NCBI GenBank assembly: GCA_014381855.1
Contig: JACNKV010000075.1
Coordinates: forward strand, 1 to 57,541
Length of the DNA stretch: 57,541 nucleotides
Direction: 5' to 3'
Origin: Fidelibacterota bacterium
GTDB taxonomy: Bacteria > Fidelibacterota > Marinisomatia > Marinisomatales > JACNKV01
Positions 34,218 to 43,340 of this stretch are shown here, piece after piece (positions within the stretch are counted from its first letter, which is position 1; each line of letters starts with the position of its first letter). Under the pieces are notes generated by a model. It made no database searches and was not told the origin of the DNA. It was given only the letters and a program-made list of their open reading frames with translations. The position numbers and the translations under genes are program-made.

Positions 34218-36338
34218 TTATTCGTTTTTAATCCGGAGACCAACATACCATTCTCGCCCCGGCATGGGTCCCCATACTTCGTCATAAACATCCGTGATAT
34301 TTTTTACCCCTGCATTCAGTTCAAAATACTTCATTACGGGAATACTGAAATTTGTATGCAAAAGCATATAATCGTCTAACCATTCTTCAACAAGCTCACC
34401 TTCCATTAATCCTTCTTCACCATAGTAACGTTCACCGATATATTGAACTCTGACGTTCATGGATATTTCAAATGGAAGTAGGCATCGAAAGCCGGAATTT
34501 GCCTTGTGTTTCGCTTTCAGGTTGATCGGACTTTCGTTGTCTACATCCCATGAATCTAAATAGCTGTAACCCACAGCCCACTCTACATTCGGAGTGAAAA
34601 ACCACGTAAAATCCATTTCCATTCCTTGTGTCCTTGCACGGTGAATATTGTCTGTTTTCCACTGATGTAGATTTAGCTCATCGTACCCGTCCGAGACATA
34701 ATCTATGAGATTATGAATGTGATTATAAAATAGATTGATCCGACTATGGTATCGACCGGAATTCCATCTCTCAATATCCAAAGAATAACTGTTCGATATT
34801 TCCGGTTCTAAATCCGGGTTGCCACGAATGTGGTAGCCAACCTGTAAATATGTAAAATCCAAAAACAATTCTTTAAAACTTGGAGCTCGAAAACCGCGGC
34901 CATAGGATAAACGGATTCTCGAAAATAATTCGGGCTTATACATGATGGCAATTTTCGGGGAAAGGTACGTGCTGTATAAAGAGTGACTATCCACCCTCAA
35001 TCCGGATAGTAGCGTAATTCGCTTGGTGACTTCCCAATCATCTTGACCAAATACATAAGATAAATCAGAACACATGGACCCTTTGGATATTCTAGCAGAC
35101 TCGATGGATTCTCCCATGAACCCACCCCCCCCATTCAAATGATGATTCCCAACTGAAAACTGAAAGACTGCATCAGCTTGAAATAAATCATCAATCGTTC
35201 GGTCGCTGGAGCGCTTATTTCCGGATGAAATTACAAATCGCTCATAAAGATGGTTGTAGTGAGAATATTCCACCCCGGTTGTGTATGTAATTGAAGAGCG
35301 ATTTGCTTCATACTCAACTCGCGTCATCCCGCGGTAATTATCGGTAACATCTTCGAAAATATTTTCGTTGTTCAGAATTTGGTTTTCTAAAAACGAGTCG
35401 TGAGTCAATCGTACAATCCCGCCGAAAAGCTGTTTTTTCTCAACATGGAAACCTGCATTATACTTATCATACTGACTGCCGTTTTCCCATAAACTGTTGG
35501 CATTGACGTTGTCTCCCCCATACTTTCGAAATCCCGCATAGACCTTAGACGCCCAATGTTGAATTCCACCCATCAAGAAGGCACTTCCGTTCATTCTTCC
35601 GTAACTCCCAAAATCGCCGGTGATCGATGTGGTAATATTTTTTCCGGGCTGTTTTGTGATAATATTGACCACTCCGCCCATGGCTTCACTCCCGTATAGT
35701 GCGGATCCTGCTCCTTTGACGATTTCGATTCTTTCGATTTGATTCGTTGCAATCTGTGATATATCCAATTGACCGTTTGTCCGCCCAATCATACGCATTC
35801 CATCCACCATCACCAAAATATGATCCGCATCAAATCCATTCAGCTCTATGCCAGTTCCAAACTGATTTTCAACAATAGCAACGCCGGTGAATTCTCCAAG
35901 TATTTTTGATATATCAGATCCACCCATTGTTTGCAACTTTTCTCCATGGATAACTTGAGTAGTGACCGGAACGTCTTTTAAATATCGCTCCGTCCGCGTT
36001 CCTGTTACTACGATAGAAGACATTTCAATCAAATCCTTCTGCATTTTTATTTCCAAATAGTTCTCCACCGGAAATTGCAGTTTGCGTCTCACGGTCTTAT
36101 ACCCCATCATTGAAACAACCAAAATTCCGGTCTCAAATGGAATCCCGGACAATAGAAAACCTCCGGATAGGTCAGAGACACTTCCAAAATCCGATTGTTC
36201 AAAGTAAATATTGGCATAGGGCAGCGGGTCACCGGTTTTTTCGTCAGTAACTCGTCCTTGAATAGTAAAAGTGTCTGCCGATAATACTATCGGTAAAAAG
36301 CAAATGATTGTGATGAGAGTTTTGTATAACTTAGTCAT
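34218..36338 (-). CDS. TonB-dependent receptor with CarboxypepD_reg-like domain
   Basis: 'FTIQGRVTDEKTGDPLPYANI', plug 'VVTGTRTERYLKD' and 'IEIVKGAGSALYGSEAMGGVVNIIT'. ATG 36338 (MTKLYKTL..., signal peptide) is preferred over 36395, which would overlap the TetR gene. Confidence 0.88.
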   Translation of the reverse strand: MTKLYKTLITIICFLPIVLSADTFTIQGRVTDEKTGDPLPYANIYFEQSDFGSVSDLSGGFLLSGIPFETGILVVSMMGYKTVRRKLQFPVENYLEIKMQKDLIEMSSIVVTGTRTERYLKDVPVTTQVIHGEKLQTMGGSDISKILGEFTGVAIVENQFGTGIELNGFDADHILVMVDGMRMIGRTNGQLDISQIATNQIERIEIVKGAGSALYGSEAMGGVVNIITKQPGKNITTSITGDFGSYGRMNGSAFLMGGIQHWASKVYAGFRKYGGDNVNANSLWENGSQYDKYNAGFHVEKKQLFGGIVRLTHDSFLENQILNNENIFEDVTDNYRGMTRVEYEANRSSITYTTGVEYSHYNHLYERFVISSGNKRSSDRTIDDLFQADAVFQFSVGNHHLNGGGGFMGESIESARISKGSMCSDLSYVFGQDDWEVTKRITLLSGLRVDSHSLYSTYLSPKIAIMYKPELFSRIRLSYGRGFRAPSFKELFLDFTYLQVGYHIRGNPDLEPEISNSYSLDIERWNSGRYHSRINLFYNHIHNLIDYVSDGYDELNLHQWKTDNIHRARTQGMEMDFTWFFTPNVEWAVGYSYLDSWDVDNESPINLKAKHKANSGFRCLLPFEISMNVRVQYIGERYYGEEGLMEGELVEEWLDDYMLLHTNFSIPVMKYFELNAGVKNITDVYDEVWGPMPGREWYVGLRIKNE

Positions 36339-36924
36339 GGGTTTTGATAAATTTTTCGAGAAATATTTCAATAGCATTTTCAGTGATTTTTTCACGATCT
36401 GCTCCCCAAAATATCATCCCGTGGAAAACACCCCCAAGTGCTTTGAGAACTAAATGACTGTCCATTTTCGGGAATTCATTTTTGTCCATCGCCTCTTCAA
36501 TTAACTGAAGAAGTGTATTATACAGTCGTACTTGAAATTGCTTCCATCCCGGTTCTTGCCCCTCTGAAGCCGGCAGGGATTGTGGAGCAAAAAATAAAAA
36601 TTCATACAGTGCCCGGTTCTCATTCACCATCTCTGCTAATTTTTTCAAGATGACAATAAATGTTTGACGCGGGGATTCAGTTTGGACGATATACTCTTCG
36701 ATGCCCTCCCATAATGACTGCCACCCATCAAATAAAATTGTATTAAATATTTCGTCTTTCGATTTGAAATAATAATATAAAGTTGCCTTACCAAAATCGG
36801 CTTTTTGAGCAATTTCATCCATCGTGGCGTGTTCTAATCCCTTTTCCTTAAAGACAGATAATGCGCTTTGAATGATGAGTTTTTTTCGAGCTTCCCGCTC
36901 AGTTTTTTTTCTTTCAGTAATCAT
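36331..36924 (-). CDS. TetR/AcrR family transcriptional regulator
   Basis: 197 aa. N-terminal HTH 'FKEKGLEHATMDEIAQKADFGKATLYYYFKSKDEIF'. Confidence 0.88.
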   Translation of the reverse strand: MITERKKTEREARKKLIIQSALSVFKEKGLEHATMDEIAQKADFGKATLYYYFKSKDEIFNTILFDGWQSLWEGIEEYIVQTESPRQTFIVILKKLAEMVNENRALYEFLFFAPQSLPASEGQEPGWKQFQVRLYNTLLQLIEEAMDKNEFPKMDSHLVLKALGGVFHGMIFWGADREKITENAIEIFLEKFIKTHD

Positions 36925-37126
36925 AAAATCTCTATTCTTTCGATTTGTCGGTTTATTATTCGAATGATGGGTCGAATATTAATACAAAAAAACATAAACT
37001 AACCAATGAAACTTTCCTGGATTATTCGCCACAAAAGGCGCCCCAGTACAGTCGTTCCTCCTTACGAGGCTGGCCCGCCTGCATTCTTTGTCGGGCAGGG
37101 TGTTCTTCGTGGCTGATGTTTTCAAT

Positions 37127-37161
37127 CCCGTGTTTTGCTACGGGGAATTAATCAGGCTATA
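37127..37161. repeat. CCCGT/ACGGG hairpin repeat with 16-nt flank, copy C
   Basis: CCCGTGTTTTGCTACGGGG plus AATTAATCAGGCTATA. The hairpin is inverted relative to copy B while the flank keeps its orientation. Confidence 0.85.
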
Positions 37162-37170
37162 ATTATGGGT

Positions 37171-38037
37171 TTAATTTTTGTTAAAACTATTAGAGCTTTC
37201 CGGTGTCAAAATCGTTAAAACCGTCACACCGACGAATGCCGCAAATATCAAGCCCATTTCAAGGGAATAATCCAAAGGGCTTACCCAGATCTCCTTAAAA
37301 AATCCCCAGCGCCCCAAGATCTCCACGCTATTCCAAAAAATAATGACCGTCGGAATGGCATAGCGAATCGCCCGCGCCGTTTTTTGGAATTTAATGAGCC
37401 GTATAAACAAATACAGCGACCAAACCAATGATCCGAAAAAGACAAAGTAAGTCGCAGGATGATAATCTCCGAAAAGGCGATTATCGTAAACAATCATTAA
37501 GAGGATATAAAACATCCAGAGGATGTACACGGTTTCCGTGGCGGTGATGATGGCAAAATTCCGTTTTCGCCCCGCATCGGTGGGCTGAAGTCCCATCTTC
37601 AGATTTCGATGAAACCAGTTAAAGAAATTGCATCGCGTCTCACGGCGAAAGAAGAAATACAAGACCGTGGCCATAAAAAGCCCGAGCGAAGATGGCAGGA
37701 TAAGATATTCCGGCTTAGTAACGACCTCACCGTTTTCCACTAAAGGCGCTACAAATAAATGCTCAGCGAAATAGACAAAGGAAAATTCCACCCATCCGGT
37801 CCAAATGAGGATACCGGCAAAAAACCCAAGCCACGTTGCAGGGGTTTCTTCATTTTTCTTAAATGCGATCACAAGCAGCGCGACCCCGCTAAATCCCAAT
37901 GCCGTTGCGGCAGGATATTGATATCCCTCACCGAAGATTTTTTCTACCAAGACCATAAGTGTATGACCTAACGGCATGGTGAACAGCACCACGATAAAGG
38001 CAGTAATTCCAACAAACGGTTTGCGATAAATACTCAT
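37171..38037 (-). CDS. polytopic membrane protein, unknown function
   Basis: 288 aa with about 8 hydrophobic helices. I recognise no family. Confidence 0.5.
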   Translation of the reverse strand: MSIYRKPFVGITAFIVVLFTMPLGHTLMVLVEKIFGEGYQYPAATALGFSGVALLVIAFKKNEETPATWLGFFAGILIWTGWVEFSFVYFAEHLFVAPLVENGEVVTKPEYLILPSSLGLFMATVLYFFFRRETRCNFFNWFHRNLKMGLQPTDAGRKRNFAIITATETVYILWMFYILLMIVYDNRLFGDYHPATYFVFFGSLVWSLYLFIRLIKFQKTARAIRYAIPTVIIFWNSVEILGRWGFFKEIWVSPLDYSLEMGLIFAAFVGVTVLTILTPESSNSFNKN

Positions 38038-38205
38038 TTCAACTCCAATTATTGAAGTGAATTTATATGTAATTGAGAATAAGTTGCAATAGCATTAATA
38101 AATAATAAAACAATAATGAGCCCACTCCGGAAAGGGGTTCCTACCCGTTCTCTTTATCTTGAATAATTTATCAGAATTCTCCTCATCTCCCACTCACTGT
38201 TTCTA

Positions 38206-40035
38206 TCAATTTTCCGCATATTTTTCTCTTTTGCGCTGGGAGTTACGTTTGTTCTTGTCTAATTCCATCTTTCGCAAACGAATAGTTTTGGGTGTTACTT
38301 CCACCAATTCATCTTCGGCAATAAATTCAATGGATTGATCCAGCGACAACAGTCTTGGCGGGCGAAGTGTCACCGTATTATCCGAACCGGCAGCGCGCAT
38401 ATTGGTCAACTTTTTCTCCCGCGTGATGTTCACCGCCAGATCATCGGAACGGTTTCGCTCACCGATGATCATTCCGTCATATACTTCTGTCCCGGTGCTG
38501 ATGAACAACTCTCCTCTGTCCGACATCCCGACACTGGCGTACGTGGTAACTTTTCCGTCACGATCTGCAACAAGTGCCCCGCTGATTCTTTGTGGAATTC
38601 TTCCAAACCAGGGTGCATAGCCATCGAATAATTTGTTCATTATTCCGGCACCTTGTGTATCCGTTAAAAACTGGCTTCGAAACCCAATCAATCCCCTGGA
38701 TGGGATGGAGAACTCCATCGACACACGTCCATGCCCGTGATTAACTAAGTTGGTCATTCTTCCTTTTCGGGTAGATAACTTTTCGGTTATAATTCCGACT
38801 TTATCTTCCGGAATATCTAAAAAGACATGCTCCATCGGTTCCATGGTTTTTCCGTTTTCTACATGGGTAATCACCTGGGGTTTTGAAACCATGAACTCAT
38901 ATCCTTCACGGCGCATGGTTTCAATCAACACCGCCATTTGAAGCTCACCTCTCCCGCGTACTTCAAATACGTCCGTTCGTTCAGTCGGGATAACCTGTAA
39001 AGACACATTACTTAAGATCTCCCTTTCAAGTCGGTCCTTAATGTGACGGGTTGTGAGATATTTTCCTTCCTTGCCGGCAAAAGGACTGTTATTCACATAA
39101 AACAGCATTGAAACTGTCGGTTCGTCGATTTGAATCCGTGGTAAGGGCTGTGGTGAATCATTGGCAGAAATCGTATCTCCGATGGTGATGTTTTCCAATC
39201 CGGCGACGGCAATAATATCTCCGGCTTCCAACGCTTCAACTTTGATTTTTTCTAATCCCTTAAACGTATATAACGCCGAAAATTTTTGATCATGGATGTT
39301 CCCGTTTTTCCCGCAGAGAGCATAAGATTTATTCATCTCCAGTGTGCCGTTATTCAGACGCCCAATTGCCACCTGTCCAACATAAGAATCATAATCCAAA
39401 TTGGTAATGAGAAATTGCGGGATGTGGTTATCGTCTGCTGTCGGTCCCGGAATTTTCGTTAAAATAGTTTCAAAAAGTGGATTTAAATCGTCAGAATTAT
39501 CGTTCAATTCATTGTGGGCTACGCCGGTTTTCGCATTGGTGTAGAGGATGGGAAATTCAATTTGTTCGTCTGTGGCTTCTAAGTCGATGAACAGATCATA
39601 TACTTCATTTACGACTTCATCCACCCGTGCATCCGAACGGTCAATTTTATTAATCACGAGGATAATCGGAAGGTTCTTATCCAATGCTTTTTTCAAAACA
39701 AATCTGGTCTGCGGCAACGGTCCTTCACTGGAATCTACCAGTAGCAACGCACCATCCACAAGATTCATACTCCGCTCAACTTCGCCGCCAAAATCGGCAT
39801 GCCCCGGAGTGTCCATAATGTTAATTTTTACATTGTTATAATGGATAGCGGTATTTTTTGCCGTGATTGTAATTCCGCGTTCTTTTTCCAAATCCATCGA
39901 ATCCATGACGCGTTCTTCGACTTCCTGATGCGCATGAAACGTTCCACTCTGCTTTAACATACCGTCAACAAGTGTGGTTTTGCCATGATCTACATGAGCA
40001 ATAATCGCAATATTTCTAAAATTAGTTTTTCTCAT
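38206..40035 (-). CDS. typA: translational GTPase TypA/BipA
   Basis: 609 aa. 'IAHVDHGKTTLVD', 'DTPGHADFGGEVER' and 'NKIDR', with EF-G-like domain order. Confidence 0.95.
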   Translation of the reverse strand: MRKTNFRNIAIIAHVDHGKTTLVDGMLKQSGTFHAHQEVEERVMDSMDLEKERGITITAKNTAIHYNNVKINIMDTPGHADFGGEVERSMNLVDGALLLVDSSEGPLPQTRFVLKKALDKNLPIILVINKIDRSDARVDEVVNEVYDLFIDLEATDEQIEFPILYTNAKTGVAHNELNDNSDDLNPLFETILTKIPGPTADDNHIPQFLITNLDYDSYVGQVAIGRLNNGTLEMNKSYALCGKNGNIHDQKFSALYTFKGLEKIKVEALEAGDIIAVAGLENITIGDTISANDSPQPLPRIQIDEPTVSMLFYVNNSPFAGKEGKYLTTRHIKDRLEREILSNVSLQVIPTERTDVFEVRGRGELQMAVLIETMRREGYEFMVSKPQVITHVENGKTMEPMEHVFLDIPEDKVGIITEKLSTRKGRMTNLVNHGHGRVSMEFSIPSRGLIGFRSQFLTDTQGAGIMNKLFDGYAPWFGRIPQRISGALVADRDGKVTTYASVGMSDRGELFISTGTEVYDGMIIGERNRSDDLAVNITREKKLTNMRAAGSDNTVTLRPPRLLSLDQSIEFIAEDELVEVTPKTIRLRKMELDKNKRNSQRKREKYAEN

Positions 40036-40038
40036 TCT

Positions 40039-41796
40039 TTATTTCCGACGGCCTTTGTTTTTACTGCGATTTTTTCGCTTCTTACGGAATCTGTCTTTCT
40101 CACCTTTTTTGTTGTCATAGAATTTTTCCTTTGATGAAGAGAACTTTCCCGACTTTCCTTTTGCCACTTCTACAAGTAACGGCACGCCATCATAGTTTTC
40201 TTTTTTCAATGCCTTGATCAGATAGTTTGTTACGCTCTCTTCTATTTCAAAAAAGGAGAATGATTTCAGAATTTCAATCTTGCCGATTACAGCATTTTTT
40301 GATCCAAGTGCCTTATTAATCAACCCCATTAATTTGACAGGATTCAGTCGATCTTTCGAACCAAGATTAATAAACAGTCTGGCAAATGATGACTTTCGCC
40401 GTTCATCTTTGCTTCGTTTTCGGTCTTGATTTTTTCCTCCGACAACATTGATATCTCTGGCATTTTTATAATAAGATAAGAATCGGTTAAACTCTGCAGA
40501 AACAAAATGTTTGATAAGTTTCTCTCTGTCAAGCCATTCCAGTTTTTCGTAGATGGCAGGTAAAAATGGTTCGATTTGCGCTTCATCCACTTCTACTTTT
40601 TCAATTTTATCAATAAGAGAGTATAATTGTCTCTGACAAACTTCTTTCCCGTTTGGAACAAGCTCTTTCTTAAAGGAGATCCCCGATATTCTTTCAATAT
40701 CTTTAATTTTTCGAATTTCCCGTGTATGAACAATGGCAATCGATATCCCGCTTTTTCCGGCCCGTCCTGTTCTTCCGCTCCGATGGACATAAATTTCAGA
40801 GTCATCCGGCAGATTGTAGTTGACGATATGTGTGAGACTGCTTACATCCAAACCTCGAGCGGCAACATCCGTGGCAACGAGCATTTGCAAACGACGACGC
40901 CTGAATTTTCCCATCACTTCATCACGCTGCGACTGAGACAGATCCCCGTGGATTGCATCCGCATTGTAGCCATCGTGCATCAGCTTGTTGGCGACTTCTT
41001 TCGTCTCCCTGCGAGTACGGCAGAAAACGATCCCGTAGATTTCAGGATTGCTGTCCGCAATACGTTTCAGCACTTCGTATCGGTCTTTCACATGGACCAT
41101 ATAATAAATATGGCTAACATTATCGGCAGCTTTATTAACATGTGCTACAGATATTTCCAATGGATTCTCCATGTACTCTTTTGTCATGGCGACGATTCTG
41201 CTTGAGATGGTTGCCGAAAACAAAAGTGTTTGCTTCTCTTGCGGGGTTTTTGATAAAATGTCGTCAAGGTCTTCTTTAAATCCCATGGATAACATTTCAT
41301 CTGCTTCATCAAGGATTAAACGCTCAACCTTGCTGATGTCCAGTTTTCTTCGTCGGATCAAATCTTTCGTTCTTCCCGGTGTGCCGATGACAATATGTAC
41401 GCCACTTTTTAATTTTTTTATCTGCGTATCGATGCTTGCACCGCCGTACACAGCGACAATATTTATGCCTTTTGTATATTTTGAATAATTAGTCAGATCT
41501 CGTGCTATTTGGACACATAACTCTCTTGTCGGACACAACACTAAGGTTTGAGGAATTTTGTTTTCAATTTGCGTCAGATGAATTGACGGCAGTCCAAACG
41601 CAGCGGTTTTACCCGTTCCTGTTTCTGCAGAAGCAATAACATCCTGTTTTGAAGATAATAAATGAGGAATTGTTTTTACTTGAATCGGTGTTGGTTTCTC
41701 AAAACCTAATTCTGTAATCGCTTTTTTTATTCCGCCATGTAAGTTTGTATCTGTGAAATGATTCATTTTTGTACTTTTTTTGTTGCCAATTGTCAA
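40039..41796 (-). CDS. DEAD-box ATP-dependent RNA helicase with DbpA-like C-terminal RNA-binding extension and basic tail
   Basis: 585 aa. 'AETGTGKT', 'DEAD', 'SAT' and 'HRSGRTGRAG'. Lys/Arg-rich C-terminus. Confidence 0.93.
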   Translation of the reverse strand: MTIGNKKSTKMNHFTDTNLHGGIKKAITELGFEKPTPIQVKTIPHLLSSKQDVIASAETGTGKTAAFGLPSIHLTQIENKIPQTLVLCPTRELCVQIARDLTNYSKYTKGINIVAVYGGASIDTQIKKLKSGVHIVIGTPGRTKDLIRRRKLDISKVERLILDEADEMLSMGFKEDLDDILSKTPQEKQTLLFSATISSRIVAMTKEYMENPLEISVAHVNKAADNVSHIYYMVHVKDRYEVLKRIADSNPEIYGIVFCRTRRETKEVANKLMHDGYNADAIHGDLSQSQRDEVMGKFRRRRLQMLVATDVAARGLDVSSLTHIVNYNLPDDSEIYVHRSGRTGRAGKSGISIAIVHTREIRKIKDIERISGISFKKELVPNGKEVCQRQLYSLIDKIEKVEVDEAQIEPFLPAIYEKLEWLDREKLIKHFVSAEFNRFLSYYKNARDINVVGGKNQDRKRSKDERRKSSFARLFINLGSKDRLNPVKLMGLINKALGSKNAVIGKIEILKSFSFFEIEESVTNYLIKALKKENYDGVPLLVEVAKGKSGKFSSSKEKFYDNKKGEKDRFRKKRKNRSKNKGRRK

Positions 41797-42020
41797 TTTA
41801 TGGTATTTTAAACAGCAAAGAAGGTACGACTAATACTGTATATCAATTACAAACCGCGTTGTCTATTTTATCTAGGGGAAAAGTGGGATAAATCAGAATC
41901 TAGAAACAGACAATTTCATTAATACCAGGTCACAACCTTTCAAAGATTTTCCTCCAAAATACAGGCGAACGAGAAAACCTTTGAAAGGTTTAGCTCAACA
42001 CTATCTGTGAAAAATTTAAT

Positions 42021-42353
42021 CTATTTATATATATCTTTGAACTGGCCACGATTCAACAAAAACGCAGAACCAAAGGTAGCAACGACGACAATCCCCAAAA
42101 TAATTGCCAATCGTAGCCACGGCTCACCGGTATCCATCCGTTGAGAAACAAAGTGAAGAGTGGTACGAATCCATTCTGCCCCCGCAAGCACCATAAACAC
42201 TTGCACAATCTGGATGGATATTTTGTTTTTATGGAACAGAACAAAGGGGATGAGTAAAACCAATATAGACAAAAGACCCAACCCTGCCCGTGAACAATGA
42301 GCGGCTAATGTAATCGTGTTAAGTCCGAGTAGCATGTAGGTGAATTTTTTCAT
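42021..42353 (-). CDS. small membrane protein, unknown function
   Basis: 110 aa with 3-4 hydrophobic helices. Confidence 0.4.
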   Translation of the reverse strand: MKKFTYMLLGLNTITLAAHCSRAGLGLLSILVLLIPFVLFHKNKISIQIVQVFMVLAGAEWIRTTLHFVSQRMDTGEPWLRLAIILGIVVVATFGSAFLLNRGQFKDIYK

Positions 42354-42379
42354 TTGAGAAATCCTTGTGATATGAGTTT

Positions 42380-42490
42380 ATGAGTAGATGGGTAGAAGAG
42401 TTGATGTGTTTCTAACATAAGAAGGCTTTGCAAAACCCGATACGTTTCTCAATCGGGGTTTCGTTGCACTAGAGATTGCTCCTCAACTTT
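42380..42490. repeat. bipartite intergenic repeat, copy 2 (module 2 inverted)
   Basis: Module 1 (42380-42404) is 23/25 identical and in the same orientation. Module 2 (42438-42490) is 50/53 identical but reverse-complemented. Confidence 0.85.
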
Positions 42491-43289
42491 CCATCGCAGT
42501 ATAATCTAACTCTGAACCCAGCACACTATGCGGAATGAGATATACCGCCAGTTGCACGATTGCCGCAATCACTACCCATCTCCATGCTGTTTCCGGTGTT
42601 TTTTTCAAACGCCAAATCGCCACCGCCCACATAATAAATGCCACAGCAGATTTGTTGTCCGTCAGGTCATGCCCGAAAGGCCATCCCGTCCAATACGCAC
42701 CAAAAGCATATTTTTGAACGATGGGTCCCATCAATAATCCGCCGAGACCCAACGTGAGCATCGTGATTAATGCATATTTGAATTGGCGTTCGTGTCTGGC
42801 TAATGCCTCAATTCCGGCGCGGTTGGCGAAAAACATGGATGTAAACATCAGTAAAATATGCGGAATCAATACTGTTGCGGGCACCGGACCTTTGAACCGA
42901 ATTATGACCGGTTCTTCGGTTAATTCATACCGGGTATTTTCGCCGTCAACTAAACGAACCCTGTACATCACTTTTCCTGCCGGGGGCTGCTTTGGTATCG
43001 ACGCTTCTAAGGCGCCATTCACCTTTTGCATCGGAAGCATTTGCCATTCGTCATGGCTTCGAAACCGGCGAAAGTCATATTCGCCCGAGATATCTGCTCC
43101 GTTAGTCTCAATTCGTATGACGGCATCGTCTGTGGAATTATGACTCCGCAGTAATTTGTAGTTTACCGCCTGACCCGCAATTTCGATCGAACCTTTCACG
43201 GGATAGGTCGGGCCCGTTTTCCGCTGATAAATAACGGAGGAGAGTGTAATAACAATCGCCATAATCCAAAAGATAATTTGATTTTTCAT
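42483..43289 (-). CDS. membrane protein, unknown function (N-terminal extracytoplasmic domain plus 4 TM helices)
   Basis: 268 aa. Signal-anchor, a ~120-aa soluble domain, then a hydrophobic C-terminal half. Confidence 0.5.
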   Translation of the reverse strand: MKNQIIFWIMAIVITLSSVIYQRKTGPTYPVKGSIEIAGQAVNYKLLRSHNSTDDAVIRIETNGADISGEYDFRRFRSHDEWQMLPMQKVNGALEASIPKQPPAGKVMYRVRLVDGENTRYELTEEPVIIRFKGPVPATVLIPHILLMFTSMFFANRAGIEALARHERQFKYALITMLTLGLGGLLMGPIVQKYAFGAYWTGWPFGHDLTDNKSAVAFIMWAVAIWRLKKTPETAWRWVVIAAIVQLAVYLIPHSVLGSELDYTAMES

Positions 43290-43340
43290 TGGTTACATCC
43301 TTTCTACATTTTTATTAAAATTTTACCAGACTTTTACACA

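Noticed and set aside
36339-36395. Upstream start of the second TonB-dependent receptor, overlapping the TetR gene by 65 nt.
   Set aside because: The first 19 residues are not signal-peptide-like. The Met at 36338 starts a typical signal sequence and sits 2 nt after the TetR stop.
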